DNA of 64,000 bases from a bacterium. Its GTDB lineage: Bacteria; Margulisbacteria; Marinamargulisbacteria; JABIPA01. Below the pieces are notes generated by a model, which saw only the letters and a program-made list of their open reading frames with translations, made no database searches and was not told the DNA's origin. Below are positions 58,743-64,000 of the stretch, in pieces. Location of the stretch: the NCBI GenBank assembly GCA_018698675.1, contig JABIPA010000019.1, forward strand, positions 17,902 through 81,901. The letters run 5' to 3'. The stretch's first letter is position 1. Each line of letters opens with the position of its first letter. A program made the position numbers and the translations under genes.

Positions 58743-59522
58743 ATGTTAGATTCAGAGGCTTTAAAATATCTTGATGATTATGTTTTAAAAAATGATCCAA
58801 AAAGTTTTTTAAGGAGATACTTTGATTATGTAGCAGCAGGTAAAAACTTGGGTATTCCAGAAACTACTGGAAGTGAAGGTTTAAATAGTTGGTTGGTTTT
58901 TTTACATGGTATTTCAAGCAATATCTCCAAAGAATTTTTAGATGGGTTAATGACAGTTTGGGATGATATTGTCGAAAAAACGGGAAGTCTTCCTTCGAGT
59001 GATAACGTCTATTTGTATTTAAATTTACTAGATGATAAGCCCTTGGATTTTCCCAATAGGCCGACTGATGGCCTAGATCCTGGCTATATTTATGGACAAG
59101 TCGATGAGCAAGAAGACGCAAATAAGAAACTTAATTTACCTGGTATATCCATTAGTGGTGTGTATCAAAAAACCCCTTCAGTAAAAAATCAAAATACGCT
59201 CGAGTTATCTAAGGTGCAAGATAAAATTAAAAAATCTATTTCTAAGTCCGATGCTGCTGCTGTTATTGCTAATAGTTTAAGTCTTAGAGAATATATGGAC
59301 AAAATTCCAATTCCAAAAAGTACGGCTCTCGGAAAGATTAAACGTGAATGGGTGGCCATCTGTTTATCTGACTATGATAAAAAAATATCTGATACGTTTC
59401 AGGACTTGTTAGCTAACAAGTGGTATTCCTCAATTATGAAATATACATATCCCTTAACTAAAGATGACTATCAACTATTTTTGCTTAAATTTTTAGCCGA
59501 CGAAAAAATAGACTTAGATTAA
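58743..59522 (+). CDS. Hypothetical protein (259 aa)
   Basis: ORF only. No motif. Confidence 0.3.
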   Translation: MLDSEALKYLDDYVLKNDPKSFLRRYFDYVAAGKNLGIPETTGSEGLNSWLVFLHGISSNISKEFLDGLMTVWDDIVEKTGSLPSSDNVYLYLNLLDDKPLDFPNRPTDGLDPGYIYGQVDEQEDANKKLNLPGISISGVYQKTPSVKNQNTLELSKVQDKIKKSISKSDAAAVIANSLSLREYMDKIPIPKSTALGKIKREWVAICLSDYDKKISDTFQDLLANKWYSSIMKYTYPLTKDDYQLFLLKFLADEKIDLD

Positions 59523-59557
59523 ATATATCTATTCTTAGAACTATTGTTTTACTACGT

Positions 59558-60604
59558 TTAATTCTGTCTAAATATTTCTAAAGATTTTTTTCGCATAGGA
59601 TTTCTAAGTTTAGAAAGCGCTTTTTCTTCAATTTGCCGGATACGTTCACGCGTGACTTTGTATACGTTCCCAACTTCTTCCAATGTTCTTGGTCGTCCGT
59701 CGTCGAATCCATACCTCAATTTAAGGACAAGTTTTTCTCTTTCTGTTAAAAAAGAAATTGATTTTAATATTTCAGTTCGTAGAATTTTCGTATAGGCTTT
59801 TTTGACAGGAGAATTGGCTTTTGTGTCTTCAATAAAATCGACTAAGTCAGCACTTGATTCGTCTCCAAATGGAACATCCAGAGATAATGGAAGTTGAGAA
59901 ATACGTTTCACATTTTCTACCATATCCATTGTGAGTTCTGTTTCTTTACATATTTCTTCGTCTGTCGCATTTCGACCTAAGTCTTGAGAAATGGTTTTTC
60001 TAGCTTTTTTTACTTTAGATATGAGTTCCATCATGTGCACGGGAACCCGTATAAGTCGACTTTGATCGGATATTGCACGGGTAATCCCTTGTTTTATCCA
60101 CCACGTAGCATAGGTAGAGAATTTAAATCCTTTTCTATAGTCAAATTTTTCTACACCACGAATTAGACCGGCATTTCCTTCTTGGATTAAGTCTTGAATG
60201 GATAAACCTTGTCCTACATATCGCTTGGCTACGGAAACAACTAATCTTAAATTTGCATTTACAATACTATTTTTTGCGTCGATATTTCCCATTTCTACTT
60301 CTTTTGCGAGTTCAATTTCTTCTTCAAATGTGAGCAGTTTGATCGCGCCAATTTCTCTCAAGTATAGTTTGATAGTGTCTTCAGTGTAGATGTGTTTTTC
60401 GTTTTTTTGTTTAGAGTTAATTCTGTTTTTTTGGTCGTTGATTATGGATTCGACTTTGGAAAAACTTTTGTCGGGGTTTTCGCATAGGTTGATTATTTCA
60501 TTTAGAGAAATATCACTTGATTTGGAATTAGTTGAGGTACCGGAATTTGAGACTGTTGTATTGTCTTCTTTTTCTATTGTTTTTTGAGTTCGGTCGTTTT
60601 TCAC
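59558..60604 (-). CDS. RNA polymerase sigma factor, sigma-70 family (group-2-like; lacks region 1.1)
   Basis: Region 1.2 [21 protein letters not shown]. Region 2 [41 protein letters not shown]. Region 4.2 [31 protein letters not shown]. 348 aa. Confidence 0.8.
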   Translation of the reverse strand: MKNDRTQKTIEKEDNTTVSNSGTSTNSKSSDISLNEIINLCENPDKSFSKVESIINDQKNRINSKQKNEKHIYTEDTIKLYLREIGAIKLLTFEEEIELAKEVEMGNIDAKNSIVNANLRLVVSVAKRYVGQGLSIQDLIQEGNAGLIRGVEKFDYRKGFKFSTYATWWIKQGITRAISDQSRLIRVPVHMMELISKVKKARKTISQDLGRNATDEEICKETELTMDMVENVKRISQLPLSLDVPFGDESSADLVDFIEDTKANSPVKKAYTKILRTEILKSISFLTEREKLVLKLRYGFDDGRPRTLEEVGNVYKVTRERIRQIEEKALSKLRNPMRKKSLEIFRQN

Positions 60605-60684
60605 GTAATTCTCCCATAAATTTTCTCCCTTTTTTTATGTTTTTGAGTCATACCCTAATGTTAGAACTGGGTATTAACGTCGAT

Positions 60685-61359
60685 TTATTTTTGCTGCAAT
60701 ACCTCGTTGTTTTTTGAAGGAACGAAGGATTCGTTTTTTGTACTTTCAAAAATAAGTCTCGTGATTTCAGATGCGATACTTTCTTTGGACACAGTTTTAA
60801 TTTTCTTTTTTGTGATATTTGAAACTAAAATGTCACTTTGAATTCCCCCGATAACGATTAATGCTAGAGCATGTCCGTTAATATTTTTTGTTTTATATTT
60901 TTGGCCACATCGATAGAACCATTGGCTAAGTTCAGAAATTAAAATTGTAATAAAATTTCCGTGTTCTTTCGGGTATTCATTTTTTGGTAATCCACTACTT
61001 GCTAATGTGACAAATGAAACATGATTTGCTTCGAAAAAATCATACAGGTGATCGATAGTTGTACGTATTTCTTCTTCGTAACTTTCTTTAACAGGTCCTT
61101 TTTTAAGCAGCTTAAACCAATGGGGCATTCCTTTAAGCTCTAAAGACTTTGTAAAAAGATTGTTTTTACTTTCAAATCTTTGAAAAAGAACGGGTTGCGT
61201 GATACTCAAGCTGTTTGCGATTATTTGAGTAGAAACGGTATATCCTTTTTCTACAAAAATGGACCTAGCTTTTCTAAGAATAGCTGCATCGGAAATGGAT
61301 CTTTTACGACTCATAATTTTTTCCCGCTTTATTAAATTTATTGTTTTTTTTGGTGTCAT
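60685..61359 (-). CDS. TetR/AcrR-family transcriptional regulator
   Basis: N-terminal HTH ILRKARSIFVEKGYTVSTQIIANSLSITQPVLFQRFESK. Confidence 0.7.
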   Translation of the reverse strand: MTPKKTINLIKREKIMSRKRSISDAAILRKARSIFVEKGYTVSTQIIANSLSITQPVLFQRFESKNNLFTKSLELKGMPHWFKLLKKGPVKESYEEEIRTTIDHLYDFFEANHVSFVTLASSGLPKNEYPKEHGNFITILISELSQWFYRCGQKYKTKNINGHALALIVIGGIQSDILVSNITKKKIKTVSKESIASEITRLIFESTKNESFVPSKNNEVLQQK

Positions 61360-61473
61360 TAATTAGTGACTGTTAACTAATTAATTAGTGGTCATTTTAC
61401 CAAAAATGTGGCTAAATGTCAACGTGAAAGATATGTATCTACAGGGGATTTATAAAAATACGTTGAGATGTTC

Positions 61474-62283
61474 CTAATGGTTATTTGTGTAATTTTCTAT
61501 AATTACTGCACGCATTTTATCTAAATAATCATTTTCTTTAGACACATATAATACGCCTCTAGAAACATTGATTAGGACGACGTTATCCTTATTTTTTGTT
61601 TGCATTGATGTACTATCATAGTCGCCGCCCTGAGCTCCAACTCCGGGGACTAGGAAAGGAAGATTTTTATCTCGGGTTCTAACAGATGCTAGCTCAGATT
61701 TTGTTGCTCCGATCACGCAGCCAACATTCCCATAGGTTTTGTTCCATTTTGTACAAGTATCTATTACTTGCTCATAAAGGAATTTTCCCGACTTTAACAT
61801 CAGTTTTTCAAAGTCTTCAGCTCCAGGGTTAGATGTAAGAGCAAGAATAAAGTGAAATTTATCTTTGTATTCAAGAAATGGTTCTACACAATCTGATCCC
61901 ATAAGAGGATTGACTGTAGACGCATCTGCTCCGAATATATCGAAAAGGTAGCTAGCTTGTTTTTTAGCAGTATTTCCAATATCTCCTCTTTTTGCATCAA
62001 GAATAATTGGAACTGTTGAAGGAATTAGCTTACAGAGACGTTCTAGAACTCGTAAACCTTCGATTCCCAATGCTTCAAAGAACGAAATGTTTGGTTTATA
62101 GGCAATGCATAAATCACTTGTATTTTTAATTACTTCCGTTAAAAATTCTTCTGTCCCTTTTACAGTTGGTTCAAACTTTGAAGGTATCTTTAACGGATCT
62201 GGGTCTAAACCTATACACAAATGTGAGTTTGTTCGTTTTGTATTTTCGATAATTTTTGAATAAAACGGGTTTACTGAATTCAT
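61474..62283 (-). CDS. pyrF: Orotidine-5'-phosphate decarboxylase (long, type-2 form)
   Basis: CIGLDPDP...ILDAKRGDIGNT... 269 aa. Confidence 0.85.
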   Translation of the reverse strand: MNSVNPFYSKIIENTKRTNSHLCIGLDPDPLKIPSKFEPTVKGTEEFLTEVIKNTSDLCIAYKPNISFFEALGIEGLRVLERLCKLIPSTVPIILDAKRGDIGNTAKKQASYLFDIFGADASTVNPLMGSDCVEPFLEYKDKFHFILALTSNPGAEDFEKLMLKSGKFLYEQVIDTCTKWNKTYGNVGCVIGATKSELASVRTRDKNLPFLVPGVGAQGGDYDSTSMQTKNKDNVVLINVSRGVLYVSKENDYLDKMRAVIIENYTNNH

Positions 62284-62306
62284 AATAGTATTTATTTTTT
62301 TAAATT

Positions 62307-62849
62307 CTAAATAGACTCAAGATCTGTTTTTGATAATAATGCTTTTACAGGAAGGTTCTCGTTTTTGAAATTTTCAAGAGCGCCTTCTTCTCTATCTATA
62401 ACGCCAATTACCTCAGTAACTGTTATTCCTAGTTTGTTTAAAATTTTCGCTGATTTAATAGCTGTTCCACCTGTCGTTAATATATCTTCAAGCAAGACCA
62501 TTTTTTCGCCTTTGTTATAAGACCCTTCAATATCTTTTTGTGTTCCATAATCTTTTTGTTGCTTTTTAACAATTATAAAAGGTTTATTCAGTTTGATGGA
62601 AACAACGGCAGCTATCGGGACCGCTCCAAGTTCTGGAGCTGCAATTCTGTCGTAGGTTGAAGGATCTGGAAAAAGTTGAACAAGTTCTTCAGAAAGAAGT
62701 TCTAAAGCAGCAGGGTCCGTTTCAAAAAGATATTTATCTATGTAATAACTTGTTTTTTTACCAGCTCTTGTTGTGAAATCACCTTTTAAATAAGCTAAGT
62801 CTTTTATTTTTTTAAGTAATGTTTTGTTAGGTGTTTTTTGTGTATTCAT
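62307..62849 (-). CDS. pyrE: Orotate phosphoribosyltransferase
   Basis: PRPP-binding motif VLLEDILTTGGTAIKSA. Confidence 0.85.
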   Translation of the reverse strand: MNTQKTPNKTLLKKIKDLAYLKGDFTTRAGKKTSYYIDKYLFETDPAALELLSEELVQLFPDPSTYDRIAAPELGAVPIAAVVSIKLNKPFIIVKKQQKDYGTQKDIEGSYNKGEKMVLLEDILTTGGTAIKSAKILNKLGITVTEVIGVIDREEGALENFKNENLPVKALLSKTDLESI

Positions 62850-62862
62850 TCTTCTTATCCTT

Positions 62863-64000
62863 TTAAATATCTTTATAATAATCTTGCAATGGTTTTACAG
62901 AAATTGCTTGTTTTCCATAAACATCAATTGCTTTTACGGTGGCTGTTGCTCCAGAAATGGTCGTTACGACTGGAATGTTTTGGATCAATGCATTTTTCCT
63001 AATTTTAAGTTCATCTTCGAGAGGCTTTTTACCTTGAGGTGTATTGAAAACGAGTTGAATTTCTCCATTTTTAATTTTATCAACAATATGGGGTCGGCCT
63101 TCGGAAACTTTATGTACTGAATTTACTGTTAAGTTATGCTCTTTTAAGAATATAGCTGTTCCTTTAGTAGCAATGATACCGAAACCAAGTTCAATTAGTT
63201 TTGTAGTGAATTCAATAATTTTAGGCTTGTCTTTATTTTTTACGCTAATAAAAACTTGACCTTTTGAAGGTATTTCTTGCCCAGCGCCAAGTTGTGACTT
63301 TAAAAATGCCATTCCAAAGTCTTTATCAATTCCCATTACTTCTCCTGTTGATTTCATTTCAGGACCTAATAATATATCTGAACCTGGGAATCGTTTAAAT
63401 GGGAGAACTGCTTCTTTAACGGCAACAAATGGAAGTTTTATTTCTTTTATGTTTAGTTCTTTTATCGTTTTACCTAGCATGATTTTTGTTGCTAGTTTAG
63501 ACCATGATACTCCAGTTGCTTTACTGATAAATGGAACTGTTCTAGATGCTCTAGGGTTTACTTCAATTATGAAAACTTTGTTATTTTTAATAGCGAATTG
63601 TACATTTATTAATCCAACAACGTTTAATTCTTTGGCTAGATTATATGTGGCTTTTTTGAGTTCATTTTGAAGTGATTCTGAAACCGAAATAGGAGGTAGT
63701 GTACAAGCTGAATCTCCTGAGTGAATCCCTGCTTCTTCAATATGCTCCATAATTCCTGCTATTACACAGTCTGTTCCGTCAGACAATGCATCTACATCTA
63801 ATTCTGTGGCATCTTCTAGATATTGGTCGACAAGAATAGGGTGCTCAGGTGAAACATTAATTGCTTTAGAAATATAATGAGTGAGACTTTCTTCATCATA
63901 AACGATTTCCATCGACGAACCACCAATAACATAAGAAGGACGAACCACACATGGGAATCCAATCTTTCTAGAAATATCTAGCGCTTCTGATAATTTCGTT
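62863..64000 (-). CDS. carB: Carbamoyl-phosphate synthase large subunit, C-terminal portion (runs off the window end)
   Basis: Second ATP-grasp region and MGS-like allosteric domain (...SVIGGSSMEIVYDEE..., ...GFGIIATKGTA...). Frame stays open past 63948 to the window end. Confidence 0.85.
   Translation of the reverse strand, partial: TKLSEALDISRKIGFPCVVRPSYVIGGSSMEIVYDEESLTHYISKAINVSPEHPILVDQYLEDATELDVDALSDGTDCVIAGIMEHIEEAGIHSGDSACTLPPISVSESLQNELKKATYNLAKELNVVGLINVQFAIKNNKVFIIEVNPRASRTVPFISKATGVSWSKLATKIMLGKTIKELNIKEIKLPFVAVKEAVLPFKRFPGSDILLGPEMKSTGEVMGIDKDFGMAFLKSQLGAGQEIPSKGQVFISVKNKDKPKIIEFTTKLIELGFGIIATKGTAIFLKEHNLTVNSVHKVSEGRPHIVDKIKNGEIQLVFNTPQGKKPLEDELKIRKNALIQNIPVVTTISGATATVKAIDVYGKQAISVKPLQDYYKDI

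Noticed and set aside
1-64000. CRISPR arrays, tRNA/rRNA genes, IS elements, integrases and prophage genes
   Set aside because: I scanned for regularly spaced direct repeats, tRNA T-arm/acceptor signatures (GTTCGAATC-like followed by CCA context), and transposase/integrase motifs, and found none. No evidence of mobile DNA in this window.

Overview
Low-GC (roughly 30-35%) bacterial chromosomal window. Genes are densely packed and mostly housekeeping. I saw no rRNA, tRNA, CRISPR array, transposase or integrase. The diderm-type genes (LolA-like protein, C-terminal-Phe β-barrel OMP, Slt lytic transglycosylase) indicate a Gram-negative organism.

Recognisable core genes:
- alaS-ruvX-purM-purN-purH
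- xseA-xseB-ispA-(DUF212)-dxs
- prfC, rpmB, aroE, lpdA, mfd, rpe, rnhA, ilvA, pyrE, pyrF
- carB (3' part, runs off the window end)
- an Slt lytic transglycosylase, a sigma-70-family factor and a TetR regulator

Regions that stand out:
1. A minus-strand cluster at 2.7-12.9 kb. It encodes a ThiF/E1-like adenylating domain fused to nitroreductase (SagB/McbC-like) domains, a second stand-alone nitroreductase-family protein, and a small possible GNAT-fold protein. Directly downstream is a dedicated ABC/FtsX (MacB/Lol-like) exporter with a LolA-like periplasmic protein and an outer-membrane β-barrel. This looks like an uncharacterised peptide or small-molecule modification-plus-export system. No YcaO and no obvious precursor peptide were found.
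2. A SiaABC-like partner-switching module at 13.1-16.1 kb: a 7TM-PP2C phosphatase, two paralogous SiaB/RsbW-like kinases, and a DUF1987/STAS-like target. No GGDEF output gene is adjacent.
3. A naturally short Mfd (about 700 aa) lacking the N-terminal UvrA-recruitment module.
4. An intact-frame 3' remnant of argS (DALR anticodon-binding domain only) wedged between rsuA and a leuB-family gene.
5. A minimal NB-ARC/STAND-like P-loop NTPase beside a long low-complexity membrane protein.
6. A membrane protein with terpene-cyclase/prenyltransferase-type QxxDGSW repeats, divergent from a redoxin-plus-CXXCH protein.
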